Origin: a candidate division FCPU426 bacterium
GTDB lineage: Bacteria; Oederibacteriota; Muellerivitia; Muellerivitales; Muellerivitaceae
Direction: 5' to 3'
Length of the DNA stretch: 64,000 nucleotides
Assembly: GCA_963719085.1 (NCBI GenBank)
Contig: CAVRAL010000004.1
Location: 320,001-384,000, forward strand
This document shows, piece by piece, positions 17,501-27,906 of this stretch (position 1 is the stretch's first letter; every line of letters starts with the position of its first letter). A model generated the notes under the pieces. That model saw nothing but the letters and a program-made list of their open reading frames with translations, was not told the origin of the DNA and ran no database searches. A program made the position numbers and the translations under genes.

Positions 17501-17788
17501 CTAAGCGACCGGAATCCCGTACTTTTTCTTGGCTTCCGCCGTCATGTTCTCGATATCTTCCATCAATAAGCGGGCGCGGATGCCGTTGGCTTTGCGAAGC
17601 TCGGCGTCCAGGGTGCCCTTCAAGCGGCCCCGCAGCATGTCCGACACCTTCCGGGGAGCGTAAATATAAACATCCACCCCGTCATTCTTATAATTGGAAT
17701 AATCGATTCGGATCACGGCCAGAGGCGCCAAACGCTTGGCTTCCCCCTCAATCTTCTTCGCGATGATTTCAGGAACGGTTTGAGGCAC
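17501..17788 (-). CDS. Hypothetical protein (~95 aa) downstream of parB
   Basis: GTG at 17788 after AAGGAG; globular-looking sequence; followed by a terminator. Confidence 0.7.
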   Translation of the reverse strand: MPQTVPEIIAKKIEGEAKRLAPLAVIRIDYSNYKNDGVDVYIYAPRKVSDMLRGRLKGTLDAELRKANGIRARLLMEDIENMTAEAKKKYGIPVA

Positions 17789-17842
17789 TGTCGACTCCTT
17801 GCAGGTTAATAAATGGGAGACCATTTCCCAAGGTTGAGTATT

Positions 17843-18712
17843 TTATCTCAACCCGGCCTTGCGGAAAAGATTTAAAATTCGGTCCAAGTCATCGAGGGAA
17901 TAATAATCCAAGCAAAGAGTTCCCTTGTGGCGGCCTTGGGTTTTAATGTTCACCTTCGTCCCCAGCCACCGGCGCAAATCCTCTTCCAGTTTCAGCACAT
18001 TCGGGTCCTTGGCGCGCCCCAGGGCCCGGCTCTTTTTAACCGGTCCTTTTTGGCCTTGCAGCCATTTTTCCGCGTCGCGGACCGTCAATCCGTGGCTGAT
18101 GATTTTTTCCGCCAGTTTTTTTTGCTCCACGGGGGAATTCAAGCCCGCCACGACCCGGGCGTGGCTCGCCGAAAGGCGGCCCGAGGCCAAAAGCGCCTTC
18201 ACCTCCGGGGAAAGCCGGGTGAGCCTTAGTGCGTTGGCTACCGTGGCCCGGTCCTTGCCGACTTTTTGGGCGATTTGTTCCTGGATCATCTGAAACTCGT
18301 CGATCAAACGCTGGTAGCCATCGGCCTCTTCCAAAGGCGAAAGGTCCGAGCGCTGCAGGTTTTCAATGAGCGCGATCTCAAGCGACTCCACATCCGAGGC
18401 CGTCACCTCGACCGCCGGAATCGTCAGCAGGCCTAATTTTTGGGCCGCCCGGAAACGGCGCTCCCCCGCGATAATTTCCCAGGTATCGCCCTTGCGGCGG
18501 ACCACGATGGGCTGGAGCACGCCTTTTTCCCTCACCGACGCCACCAGCTCTTGCAGGTCTTCCGCCCGGAATGTTTTTCGGGGCTGATAAGGGTTGGGCC
18601 TAATCTTGGACAAAGGAATCTGCTGGGCTCCGCCCTTGCGTTCCTCAATGGCGGTGATGACTTTTTTGGGGATCAAGGCTTCCAGCCCCCGGCCGAGCGC
18701 TTTTTTAGTCAT
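17843..18712 (-). CDS. parB: Chromosome partitioning protein ParB/Spo0J
   Basis: [37 protein letters not shown]. Confidence 0.97.
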   Translation of the reverse strand: MTKKALGRGLEALIPKKVITAIEERKGGAQQIPLSKIRPNPYQPRKTFRAEDLQELVASVREKGVLQPIVVRRKGDTWEIIAGERRFRAAQKLGLLTIPAVEVTASDVESLEIALIENLQRSDLSPLEEADGYQRLIDEFQMIQEQIAQKVGKDRATVANALRLTRLSPEVKALLASGRLSASHARVVAGLNSPVEQKKLAEKIISHGLTVRDAEKWLQGQKGPVKKSRALGRAKDPNVLKLEEDLRRWLGTKVNIKTQGRHKGTLCLDYYSLDDLDRILNLFRKAGLR

Positions 18713-19466
18713 GGTTCAATATCTCCTTCGTCAGGTTCAAATAGGCTTGGGCCCCGCTGGACCTAATGTCGTAAAGGATGATGGGCTTGCCGAAAGACGG
18801 GGATTCGGAAAGCTGAACGTTTCGGGGAACCACCGTATTGTATACCTTGTCCCCGAAAAACTTCTTCACTTCGTCGGCGACTTGGGTGGCCAGCCGGGTG
18901 CGCGAATCCACCATGGTGAGGAGGGCCCCCTCGATTTCCAGCTTCGGATTCAAGCTTTCCCGGACCATCTCGATGGTTTCCATCAGGGAACTCAAACCCT
19001 CCAAGGCGTAATATTCGGTTTGGACCGGGATCAGAACCGAGTCCGCGGCCATGAGCGCGTTCAAGGTCAAAAAGCCCAGGGACGGAGGGCAATCAATCAG
19101 AAAGTAATCATATTCGGATTGGATCGCGGCCAGGGCCTGCTTGAGGCGCCCTTCCCGGTTTTCCATCCCCACCAGTTCCACTTCCGCGCCGATCAAATGG
19201 CTGTTGGAGGGCAGGCAAAAAAGTTTTTCCAATTCGGTCGGCTGGACCGCGTCCCGGATATCCGCCTCGCCCATCAGCACCTGATAGACATTAGGCGTGA
19301 GCTGGGTCTTGTCCAAGCCCACTCCGCTGGAGGCGTTTCCTTGGGGGTCCATGTCGATCAAAAGGGTTTTCTTTTCCACCGCGGCCAGGCAGGCCGAGAG
19401 GTTCACCGTGGTCGTGGTCTTGCCCACGCCCCCCTTTTGATTGGTGATGCAGATAATTTTTCCCAT
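18705..19466 (-). CDS. parA: Chromosome partitioning ATPase ParA/Soj
   Basis: [40 protein letters not shown] 19466. Confidence 0.97.
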   Translation of the reverse strand: MGKIICITNQKGGVGKTTTTVNLSACLAAVEKKTLLIDMDPQGNASSGVGLDKTQLTPNVYQVLMGEADIRDAVQPTELEKLFCLPSNSHLIGAEVELVGMENREGRLKQALAAIQSEYDYFLIDCPPSLGFLTLNALMAADSVLIPVQTEYYALEGLSSLMETIEMVRESLNPKLEIEGALLTMVDSRTRLATQVADEVKKFFGDKVYNTVVPRNVQLSESPSFGKPIILYDIRSSGAQAYLNLTKEILNHD

Positions 19467-19608
19467 CGTCAGCCGGTTCCTTGGGTGGCAGCGTTTTTCC
19501 CCGAACCGTCGCCTCAAGCGGCAAAAGCTCATGGGGGCGACACTATAGCACTTGGAAGGAATCCGGACAATGACGCGCGCGCGCCGCCGGATTTAAGGAA
19601 AACGGGGT

Positions 19609-20556
19609 TTAAAAATGGTCTTTAAAACGAATGGGCTTGAGGAAAAAGCAAAGCAGGCACACCAGGGTGAAAAGAACGGTTCCCACGAAAAAAATCAAAA
19701 GCGAAAAAGCCAAGGCCTGCGCCTGGGCCAAACCGATGCACCCGAATAAAACAATGAGGGCGCCTTCCCGGGTCCCCATCCCCAGAAAAGTCAAAAGCGA
19801 GACGATGTTGACCACCGAAAGGGTGAAGGCCAGGAAAAAAAAGTTAATGGAAAGGCCGATGGACTGGGCCATCCAGTAGGAGCCCATGAAGAAAAGAAGA
19901 TAGGAGGTCAGGGATAAAAGGGCCGGAATGATGAGGCGCCAACTGTAAAAAGCTTCCATCCCCCGGTGAAACTCGCCGAAAGCTTGGTTGGCTTTTTCTT
20001 TTAAGGAGGCCCCTAAGACCCTCTGAAAGACCGCCTTGATCAAGACTTCACCGATCCGGCGGTTAAAGACCAAAAAAGAAGCGAAAATTAAAAACGCGAA
20101 AAAAATCCAGACCAGATGCACCAAGGAGGGCGGCAAGCCCAAGGGATAAATCAAAACCCCCAGGCTGCCTAAAATGAGAAGCAGATAAAGATCGAAAACC
20201 CGGTCCACCACCACGCTGGTCATGCCTAAGCCGATGGGAAGCCCCAAGTCTTCCTTCAGGTAAAGCACCTTCATAAAATCACCGGCCCGGCCCGGCGTCA
20301 CATTGCCCCAAAAGAGACTGCCCATGTAGATGAGAAAACAGTTCCAAGTGGAGTAGGCATATCCCTGCATTCTCAAAAGAAAGCTCCAACGCATTCCCTT
20401 GAGATAAACCATGGCCAGAAGCGTCATAAAGGCAGCCACACAAAGCCGCCAATCGGCGGTCTTGAGAAGCGCCCAGGTTTGGGTGAGATTCACCTTGAGA
20501 AGGATGAAAATGAACAAAGCGATCCCGACGAGGATCAAAAGCGATTTCTTGATCAT
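19609..20556 (-). CDS. Lysylphosphatidylglycerol-synthase TM / flippase-like membrane protein
   Basis: RW..LL, NVTPGRAGD, VVDRVFD, GMGTREG motifs. Confidence 0.85.
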   Translation of the reverse strand: MIKKSLLILVGIALFIFILLKVNLTQTWALLKTADWRLCVAAFMTLLAMVYLKGMRWSFLLRMQGYAYSTWNCFLIYMGSLFWGNVTPGRAGDFMKVLYLKEDLGLPIGLGMTSVVVDRVFDLYLLLILGSLGVLIYPLGLPPSLVHLVWIFFAFLIFASFLVFNRRIGEVLIKAVFQRVLGASLKEKANQAFGEFHRGMEAFYSWRLIIPALLSLTSYLLFFMGSYWMAQSIGLSINFFFLAFTLSVVNIVSLLTFLGMGTREGALIVLFGCIGLAQAQALAFSLLIFFVGTVLFTLVCLLCFFLKPIRFKDHF

Positions 20557-20606
20557 GAAAGGCCCCGTGAAAATTTTAGGCTGGATCGACGAACAGGCTT
20601 AGAACT

Positions 20607-20831
20607 TCTAACAAAAACCAATTAGCAATGATCAAGGCGGATGAACTCGGATGAACCTGGAAAAAAACAGGACAAAATTCTTTGATTTTTCCCCCATCCG
20701 CGTTTGTGCCGCTTTTCCTTTTATAAAGTTGTGGAAAGCGGTATTACCCCACACTCATTAGAATGATACTTAATAAAGATCTGCGGGGCATCAGCGTCCA
20801 TCATGGTTAATTGCCTTGGGTTTTTGTTAGA
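20607..20831. repeat. Extended degenerate inverted repeat, family A
   Basis: TCTAACAAAAACC / GGTTTTTGTTAGA outer arms; GCGGATGAAC units; CAGCGTCCATCATGGTTAATTGCCTT resembles 1145-1170. Confidence 0.7.
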
Positions 20832-20836
20832 GCCTC

Positions 20837-22255
20837 TTAGATACGGATCATCTTCAATCCCGCCTTGGCCTTCCGGAAAAAATCCAAGGGCGTGTGGGTA
20901 TAAGACATATTTTTCATCACGATCTTAGGCCGCAGATAAAAAGATTTGTAGGCGAATTTCAAAAGGTCGATCAACTCGTCGCGCTTCATGTGTTCTTCCC
21001 AAAGCTGGGGTTTAAAATCAGGCGTGGGGTTTTTAGCGAAGTCCGCCCAATAATCGTGGTCGAACCGGCCTTCTTCCAAGGCCTTGTAATAAATGGCCGT
21101 GGCCGGAAAAGGCGTCAGCACGGAAAAATGAACGAAGTCCGGATCCAGTTCTTTGGCGAACTCGATGGTATTCAAAGCCATCTCCCGGGTCTCGCCGGGA
21201 TTGCCGATCATGAAATAAGCCAGGGTCTTCATGCCGTGTTTGCGGGTGGCCTTAAAAACCATACGGGCGTGGTCCAGGTCCAGGTCTTTCAACAGGGTCG
21301 CCAAAACCTCGGCGTTCCCGGATTCCACCCCATAATGCACGCGGTCGCAGCCGGCCGAGGCCAGCTCCGCCAGCATCTCCTCGTCCATGCGGTCGGCCCG
21401 GGCGCGGATATCAAAAGCGATTTCCAGTTTGCGTTTTTTAATTTCCCCGCAAATGTCAAACACCCGCTTGCGGTTCACGTTGAAGGTATCGTCATAAATG
21501 AAAAATTCCCGGATACCCAGCTTCACGCAGGCTTCCATCTCATTGACCACGGCCATGGCCGAGTGACTGCGGAAACGGCGGCCCATGGTGGGCCGGTCGC
21601 AGAAAAGACAGCGGTAAGGACAGCCCCGGCTGGTAAACATGGTGGTGATGGGATTGTGCCGGGCGATCAAGGAATAATATTTATGCATGGGGGTCAGTTC
21701 CCGGGCCGGGTAGGGAAGGCTGTCCAAGTCTTCCACCGGCGGCGCCGGCGGGTTGTCCTTAATCTGCCCGGACACGGGATCCCGGTAAGCCAAACCGAAT
21801 ACCTTATCGAAGGTCATAAAACCCTCAAAAGCCGAAAGCAGCTGGCTGAAAGCCAATTCGCCCTCACCCTTAATGGCGAAGTCCACTTCCGGCATCATCA
21901 ACGTTTCCCGGGCGAAGATATGGACATGGGGCCCGCCCATCACGACCTTGCACTTGGGGTTGGCGCGCTTGGCGGCCTGGGCCACCATGCGGGCGTCAAT
22001 GATGGTAAAGGTCAGGGCCTGAATGCCGACCACATCGGGGGCGATGGCCCTGATTTTTTCTTCGACTTGGGCCTGGGAAATTTCCTCGACCTGGCAGTCC
22101 AGCACGTGGATCTCGTGGGAAGTCTTGGCCTTGGCGTAACCGGCCACATAGAGCAGGCCTAAGGGCGGGTTATAACCGCGCTCCTCGTCGATGACCGATG
22201 GGATATTGGTCGTGATCATGTGTTCGGAAGGCGGGTTGATCAGAAGTACTTTCAT
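20837..22255 (-). CDS. Cobalamin-binding radical SAM protein
   Basis: N-terminal B12-binding domain (PPLGLLY, GGPH, GEGE), TSRGCPYRCLFC, YDDTF, GVESG; ATG 22255. Confidence 0.93.
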   Translation of the reverse strand: MKVLLINPPSEHMITTNIPSVIDEERGYNPPLGLLYVAGYAKAKTSHEIHVLDCQVEEISQAQVEEKIRAIAPDVVGIQALTFTIIDARMVAQAAKRANPKCKVVMGGPHVHIFARETLMMPEVDFAIKGEGELAFSQLLSAFEGFMTFDKVFGLAYRDPVSGQIKDNPPAPPVEDLDSLPYPARELTPMHKYYSLIARHNPITTMFTSRGCPYRCLFCDRPTMGRRFRSHSAMAVVNEMEACVKLGIREFFIYDDTFNVNRKRVFDICGEIKKRKLEIAFDIRARADRMDEEMLAELASAGCDRVHYGVESGNAEVLATLLKDLDLDHARMVFKATRKHGMKTLAYFMIGNPGETREMALNTIEFAKELDPDFVHFSVLTPFPATAIYYKALEEGRFDHDYWADFAKNPTPDFKPQLWEEHMKRDELIDLLKFAYKSFYLRPKIVMKNMSYTHTPLDFFRKAKAGLKMIRI

Positions 22256-23100
22256 TAGCGTCCTCGTTTCACGAGCAAGTCGGCCAAAAGCCCCAAAGCG
22301 GCGACCTGCAAAGCGGCGACCAGCAACAACAGGCTTCCTAATTCGTGCGCCCGCAAAGCGGACGCCACAGCGGCTAAAAATATGATACCGCTCAGGGGGA
22401 TAAAAATCTTTAAAGGTTTGAAATACATCACCACCCTCAAGACCAAGGCAAAAAAGTTGATCGTGTCCCGAAAGGGCCTTATTTTTGACCGTCCCACCCT
22501 CGATTCGTAATGAATCGGCACATATTTGACGATATAGCCATGGCATTCCAGGGCCAAAGTAATGGTGGTGGTAAAAGAAAAGCCGTTGGGAAAGAGACCC
22601 TCATAGCGGGCCATGGCGCTTTTTTTGAAAAGACGCATGCCGGAGTTAAGGTCGGGGATTTTACGTTCCGCCAGGTAATTGGCCCATTGGCCCAAAAACC
22701 ATTTGGGGATCCGGCGCAAAAATGGGATGGCCGCGCCCGCCAGGGTCCGGGCGCCCACCACCATGTCGTTGGTTTCCACGACGTTTAAAAGCAGGGGGAG
22801 TTCTTCCGGCCGGTAAGTTCCATCGGCGTCCAAAATGGCGATCCACTCACCCTGGGCCCTTCGAATGCCGGCCTTGAGCGAGGCCCCGTAACCGCGGTTC
22901 TCGCCCATCAAGACCACCTGGGCCTTGGCTTTTTGCGCACGGCGGGCGGTGGCGTCTTGGCTGCCGTCATCCACCACGATAATTTCATGTTTTATCTTTT
23001 CACGGTTCAGGACCTTCCGGGTTCTTTGGATGATTTTTTCAACGGCCTCTTCCTCGTTATAGGCCGGAATGACCACGGATAAAAACTCGGCGAATTTCAT
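22255..23100 (-). CDS. Glycosyltransferase family 2 (DPM-synthase-like)
   Basis: SVVIPAYNEE, VDDGS.D, NRGYG, LDADG, D.NSG.R; C-terminal TMs. Confidence 0.93.
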   Translation of the reverse strand: MKFAEFLSVVIPAYNEEEAVEKIIQRTRKVLNREKIKHEIIVVDDGSQDATARRAQKAKAQVVLMGENRGYGASLKAGIRRAQGEWIAILDADGTYRPEELPLLLNVVETNDMVVGARTLAGAAIPFLRRIPKWFLGQWANYLAERKIPDLNSGMRLFKKSAMARYEGLFPNGFSFTTTITLALECHGYIVKYVPIHYESRVGRSKIRPFRDTINFFALVLRVVMYFKPLKIFIPLSGIIFLAAVASALRAHELGSLLLLVAALQVAALGLLADLLVKRGR

Positions 23101-23459
23101 CGCAGTTCCACCTTCATTTCAGTGTAGCGGTTGGACCCTTGAGCGAAATGCGCGGAGACCCGCACCAAGTAAACTCCCGGATTCACCCAAGGCGAAAAAG
23201 GAATCGCGCCGTAAAAATACCACTCATCCTTCTTTTCATCTTTTCTAAAAATAAGCTCGGGCGAACCCATGACATCCACCGTTCCGATGACGGACAGAGC
23301 GTCCAGGGGGGCGTTAATTTCCGCCAAGGCGGGTTTCCCCCGATAAACCGGCTGGGGCGCGATCTTTAATATAAGAGAGGAATCCATCACACCCAAAGTG
23401 GCGCACCCGCTTAAGCTAAGGCCTATTCCCAAGGCGGATAAAAAAATGAGTTTTCTCAT
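23097..23459 (-). CDS. Hypothetical lipoprotein
   Basis: ATG 23459; lipobox LSLSGC; beta-rich body. Confidence 0.7.
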   Translation of the reverse strand: MRKLIFLSALGIGLSLSGCATLGVMDSSLILKIAPQPVYRGKPALAEINAPLDALSVIGTVDVMGSPELIFRKDEKKDEWYFYGAIPFSPWVNPGVYLVRVSAHFAQGSNRYTEMKVELR

Positions 23460-23566
23460 AGGATGCCTTTGCTTTGAAAAAATTAAGGAGGGCCGCTGAA
23501 GCCCCCGGACGTCCTTCAATCAAGAAAATCCAGGGTCAGCTGGAGGGAGCGACAAGAGGCTGGCGT

Positions 23567-24136
23567 TTACTTGGCGGCCTTCGTTTCCAAGGCGGCCGCG
23601 GCTTTGGCCGCTTCCCGCTTGGCTTTCATCTCGCGGGTCTTTTCGATCAGATAGAGCTTGGCTTTTTTCTCTTTATATTCTTCCCGGACGACCTGATAAA
23701 CGAAAACGTTGGCCTTGAGCAGCATGGTCTCGGACAAATAAGCGCCGACAGAGAAATTGACATAAGCCGGAAGCAGGGCCGAGAGCGAAACCAGGGCCAA
23801 AAGCCACAAGCCTTGCTCCACCTGGGCCGGACCCAGTACGGGGCGTTGGATGACGCCCAAATAAACCAACCAAGCCATGAGCGCGAAAACCACGATCAAA
23901 AAGAAGCCAAGAAGACGGCTGGTTGAGCGGATTTTTTCATGGGTGCGTTGCAAATCGTCCGCGTAGTCCTTGATCGAGACGCCGCTTTGCTCCAAGGTTT
24001 CTTTCCATTGATCGTCCCACAAAAGTATCTTGCGGCGCAGCAGCATGCCGAAAACCACGGCCGCGAAGGTGAGGGACCAGGTCAAAAAAGATAAAAAAAG
24101 ATAACCCAACGCCGGACCCACTGAGTAACTCTCCAT
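23567..24136 (-). CDS. Hypothetical membrane protein (about 3 TM)
   Basis: Hydrophobic segments and charged helical C-terminus; in line with neighbouring genes. Confidence 0.7.
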   Translation of the reverse strand: MESYSVGPALGYLFLSFLTWSLTFAAVVFGMLLRRKILLWDDQWKETLEQSGVSIKDYADDLQRTHEKIRSTSRLLGFFLIVVFALMAWLVYLGVIQRPVLGPAQVEQGLWLLALVSLSALLPAYVNFSVGAYLSETMLLKANVFVYQVVREEYKEKKAKLYLIEKTREMKAKREAAKAAAALETKAAK

Positions 24137-24157
24137 GCCGCCCCCCGAAGCCTTAAA

Positions 24158-24808
24158 TTAGGATTTCGTCAATTGAACTGTCGTGTCCAAAAGTTCCAAC
24201 AAGAGTCTTTTCACTTCCAACCAGGGTTCGCCCCCGTCACCCGCTTGGCTGGCCTGCTGCCAGGCGCTCGTCAACTGGGTCAAAAGCTTGTCGCCCTCCG
24301 CCGTGAGGGTCATGCGCGCCGCCATTAGATGGTGGCTTTCTTCCTGCTCTAAATCTTCCTTCAGCCTGGCTAAAAGCTTTTCCTGGCCCTTGCCGCTGGC
24401 CAGTTCGGCCTCGATCGCGGCGCGAAGCTCCGCCTCGACTTTCGGCCGGATGGTGGCTTCCAAAACTTTTAATAGCTCATTTTGGTCCGAGGAGACCGCC
24501 GCCGCCGGGGTTTTCGAGCCCGCAGGGTCGATCGCTTCCCATTCCGCCTCGGAAACCAGTTCAGCCTTAATCCCCCGGTTGCCGCCAAAAATCGTCGGCA
24601 CCAATTCGGTTATCTTATCATGGTAAACTTTTAGGCCCACTTCAATTTCTTTGTTCAGGTCGGGCTTGGGCGAGGCCAAAATCACGTTATATTTGGTGAT
24701 TTCCTTGATCCGGCCTTTTTTCAGGTGATCAAAAAGCCGCGCTTCTTTGACTTGGATCAGTTTGAGGAACGCTTCCCATTGGGTTTGGAGTGCGGGGTCG
24801 ACGGGCAT
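24158..24808 (-). CDS. Hypothetical protein; N-terminus resembles DnaA domain I / DnaX C-terminal fold, C-terminus coiled coil
   Basis: ATG after GGAG; resemblance judged by eye only. Confidence 0.65.
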   Translation of the reverse strand: MPVDPALQTQWEAFLKLIQVKEARLFDHLKKGRIKEITKYNVILASPKPDLNKEIEVGLKVYHDKITELVPTIFGGNRGIKAELVSEAEWEAIDPAGSKTPAAAVSSDQNELLKVLEATIRPKVEAELRAAIEAELASGKGQEKLLARLKEDLEQEESHHLMAARMTLTAEGDKLLTQLTSAWQQASQAGDGGEPWLEVKRLLLELLDTTVQLTKS

Positions 24809-26382
24809 GGTGGCTCCAGGTTTTTTTCCCGGACCTGCCGAAGCAGGCGCGGAAGAATCGGTAATAGATCGGTGGCCAATAATCCATCCGGGCCAAGCCT
24901 TCGGCTGGCTTTTTCGCCGGCCAAACCATGCAGGTAAACTCCCGTGGAGGCGGCGTCAAAAGCCGAAAGGCCTTGGGCCAAAAGTCCGCCCAAGATTCCG
25001 GATAAAATATCCCCCGTGCCGCCCGTGGCCAATCCCCGGTTTCCCGTAGGATTCACGCGCGCGTCGCCTTGAGGGCTGGCAATCACCGTGTGCCGTCCTT
25101 TTAAGACAGCCACCGCATTATACTCAGCGGCGATTTGCCGCGCAACTTTAAGCCGGTTTTGTTCGACCTCGGCGATCGTGGTTTTCATCAGCCGGGCCGC
25201 CTCTCCCGGATGCGGCGTGAGGATGACTGGAACCTGGAGGGCGCGCAGCGCCTTTAAAAGACCCTCCTGCGAGCTCAAAAGATTAAGCGCGTCCGCGTCC
25301 AGCACGAGAGAAGCCGTCAAGTGCGGCAGGATTTGCTGAAACAATTGGCCGGTTTCCTCGTGGCGGCCCAAACCGGGCCCGATCACCAGCGCCTTGGCCT
25401 TGGCCGCCAGCTCCAGGATCCGATCTCCGGCTTTGAAAGAAATAAATCCTCCCCGAACCTCCGCCACCGGCGCGGTCATGCACTCGGTGAGCTTCGCGGC
25501 CAGGATGATATTTAAACTCTCCGCGCAAGCCACCGTCACCAGCCCCGCGCCGATCCGCTGCGCCCCCCAAGCCGCGAGCGCCGCCGCCCCCGTAAGTCCG
25601 GTGGAACCAGCCACGACCAAAACCCGGCCCCGGGTCCCTTTATTGATGTTGTCGTCATAACGGGGGAGCGATTTTCGAACCATGGCGGGATCGGTCATTT
25701 CCACTTTTAAAAAATCCGCGCGCAAAAGTTCTTTCGGTAGTCCCAAATCGTTGACGCTCACTTCCCCGGTATAAGCCGCCGCCGCAGGGGTGTAAAAGCC
25801 AACCTTGGAGAGGCCCAGGGTTACGGTCCACCGGGCTTTCACCGCCTCGCCCAAGGGAACGCCTTGATCGACGGAAAATCCCGAAGGCGTGTCCAGGGCC
25901 AGCACCGGCTTGTTCAAATCATTCATCAATGAAATAAGATCTCGCGTTAGTCCTTCGGCCGGCCGGCTCAATCCGGTCCCCAGCAAAGCGTCGATGAGAA
26001 AATCGCGTTTTCCCAGGGCCGTCCGGGCTAACCGCAGACCGTCTTTCTGATCGACGGCCATGATCGAAACCTTCTCGGCCTTGGCCTTTTGGTATTGGGC
26101 GGCGGCTTCTTTTCCCAGGGCTTGGGGGCCTTGGGCTAAAACCACCATCACGTCGATTTTCATTCTTTTCAAAAGCCGGGCCGCCGCCAACCCGTCACCC
26201 CCGTTGTTGCCTTTTCCGCAAATGACTCCGATCTTTTTTCGGGAGAGCGTCCCCGCCTTCGCCAATAGCGCTTGAACCGCCGCCTCGCCGGCCCTTTGCA
26301 TGAGTTGGGAGGCCGGCAAATTAAACTTTTCGGCCGCCAAGGCGTCGATTTTTTTCAGGTCCTGGGAAAAAGCGAGTTTCAC
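24757..26382 (-). CDS. nnr: Bifunctional NAD(P)H-hydrate epimerase/dehydratase (YjeF)
   Basis: GKGNNGGDG, DALLGTG, DTPSG, GPGLG, DADAL, TPHPGE, LATGGTGD. Confidence 0.96.
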   Translation of the reverse strand: MKLAFSQDLKKIDALAAEKFNLPASQLMQRAGEAAVQALLAKAGTLSRKKIGVICGKGNNGGDGLAAARLLKRMKIDVMVVLAQGPQALGKEAAAQYQKAKAEKVSIMAVDQKDGLRLARTALGKRDFLIDALLGTGLSRPAEGLTRDLISLMNDLNKPVLALDTPSGFSVDQGVPLGEAVKARWTVTLGLSKVGFYTPAAAAYTGEVSVNDLGLPKELLRADFLKVEMTDPAMVRKSLPRYDDNINKGTRGRVLVVAGSTGLTGAAALAAWGAQRIGAGLVTVACAESLNIILAAKLTECMTAPVAEVRGGFISFKAGDRILELAAKAKALVIGPGLGRHEETGQLFQQILPHLTASLVLDADALNLLSSQEGLLKALRALQVPVILTPHPGEAARLMKTTIAEVEQNRLKVARQIAAEYNAVAVLKGRHTVIASPQGDARVNPTGNRGLATGGTGDILSGILGGLLAQGLSAFDAASTGVYLHGLAGEKASRRLGPDGLLATDLLPILPRLLRQVREKNLEPPCPSTPHSKPNGKRSSN

Positions 26383-26400
26383 GTCATCCGCTCCTCAAAA

Positions 26401-27906
26401 CTAACGGTGGATTTGGTATAGCACGCTTTGGAAATTTTGGGTTTGAAACCGAAAACCCGTGGCCGCCACCCGGTTCTGAACCGAAGGGTCCGCCATGACA
26501 TCGGTTAAAAGGGGCACGACCCAGCTCGGGTTGGTATAAAGAATTTCAGCGTCATGCTTGTCTTTGAGGGTCTGGTCCACGAAACCCAGCCGGGGCGTGT
26601 AAAAAGAGTGAAGCAAAAGATAATCCCCCGCCTGGGGATTAAAGGGCAAAACCAAAAGCTTGACCGGTCGCCCCGCCCAATATTGGGTCTTGGGGAGCTC
26701 ATCCGAATAAATCACCGCGTTGGGCGGGAGGGTTTTCAAAAACTCCCCGGACCGCCGGATGTCCCCAAAGGAATCGGTCTGGTAAGCGATGACCAGCATG
26801 GAAAAGAGGACTTGATATAAAATCCCGAAGGTCAAAAGACCGTTTTTGAGGACCATGGCCCTAAAATCGCCCCTCTTTTTTTTCCATTCCAAAAAGAGGG
26901 TTTCCAATTCGTACCCGGCGCCGACCAGAAAAAGCGGCAGGAAAATTAAAAGATACCGGTCCTGATAAGCCGTGGGGATCAGCCGGGTAATTAAAAGAAG
27001 AAAACAAACCGGGAATAAAATCCTGCGCCAAGCCCGTCCTTCCGGGACCTTCATCCAGCTCATCCGCCAAAGCCCCCCCAAAGCCAGCAAAAATAAAAGG
27101 GGCGTGAAAACATAGGCCGGTTGGGTCATGTAAGCGTAAAGATGTTCCGCTAAATTGCCCAGAGGGTTCCCCAAATGGCCGAGCCCCGCGCTCAATCCCA
27201 ATCCTTCCCGGTAAGCCCAAAGAAGGGTCATCAAATGCGGCGCCAAAAAAATAACCGGCACGGCCCAAACCAAAAGAAGCAGCAGCGGGTTTTTAAATTC
27301 CACCCGGTTTCGAAGGTGCCATCCGGTCCCGAGCAGCCAAGGCAAAAGTAAAAATCCCTCGGGCCGAACCATCGCCGCGCCCGCGCCCCATAAGCTAGCC
27401 TCGACCCAGGCCTTTTCATCTTTTTCGGTATAGGCCGCGCAAAGCCTTTCCAGGCAAGCCCAAAAACAAAGCAACAGCCAGGTATCGGCCATCACCCGAA
27501 GCGACCATTGCCAAAGCAGGGGCGAAAAAAGCGCCATCAGGCAAACCATGCCCGTCATTTCCACCGACATCCAACGGCGGGCCAGCCGCCAAAGAGGCCA
27601 AAGAAAAGCGAGTCCCGCCAAGGCCGCTAAAAGCCGTCCCCAAAGAATCTCATTCAGCCCCAAACGCTGGCCGATCCAAATGAGCATGGGATATCCGGGC
27701 AAAAGGACAAAACGGGGAGTGTCCACCCGCTGGGGCGAGAAATAAGTCAGGTTGAGGATTCCATCGGTATTTTCGGTGGCGTTGTTGGCGAGCAGGGAAA
27801 GCCGGGTGGCCAATCCCAGGACAAGTAAAAAGCTGAACCAGATCCAACCCATTTGCCGATCGGTGAAAACCCGCGGTTTATAAGGCAAAGCCTTTTGAGC
27901 GGCCAT
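26401..27906 (-). CDS. GT-C fold membrane glycosyltransferase (ArnT/PMT-like)
   Basis: Many TMs; N-terminal DG..., PGYP, RPEG and DRYL motifs. Confidence 0.7.
   Translation of the reverse strand: MAAQKALPYKPRVFTDRQMGWIWFSFLLVLGLATRLSLLANNATENTDGILNLTYFSPQRVDTPRFVLLPGYPMLIWIGQRLGLNEILWGRLLAALAGLAFLWPLWRLARRWMSVEMTGMVCLMALFSPLLWQWSLRVMADTWLLLCFWACLERLCAAYTEKDEKAWVEASLWGAGAAMVRPEGFLLLPWLLGTGWHLRNRVEFKNPLLLLLVWAVPVIFLAPHLMTLLWAYREGLGLSAGLGHLGNPLGNLAEHLYAYMTQPAYVFTPLLFLLALGGLWRMSWMKVPEGRAWRRILFPVCFLLLITRLIPTAYQDRYLLIFLPLFLVGAGYELETLFLEWKKKRGDFRAMVLKNGLLTFGILYQVLFSMLVIAYQTDSFGDIRRSGEFLKTLPPNAVIYSDELPKTQYWAGRPVKLLVLPFNPQAGDYLLLHSFYTPRLGFVDQTLKDKHDAEILYTNPSWVVPLLTDVMADPSVQNRVAATGFRFQTQNFQSVLYQIHR

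Noticed and set aside
17843..19600. parS site or replication origin near parAB
   Set aside because: No TGTTTCACGTGAAACA-like palindrome or DnaA-box cluster was seen, and no dnaA/gid genes are adjacent.
20894..22162. Long plus-strand ORF (422 aa) and similar antisense ORFs (e.g. 18594-19625, 51895-52959, 56328-57374)
   Set aside because: Shadows of well-supported minus-strand genes in GC-rich DNA; no recognisable motifs.
22256..22546. N-terminal extension of the radical SAM ORF
   Set aside because: Overlaps the GT2 gene; a coupled start at 22255 (TAATG) fits the family N-terminus.
24757..24808. 52-nt overlap of nnr with the next gene as a frameshift signal
   Set aside because: nnr domains are complete; the overlap is only a short unconserved tail.
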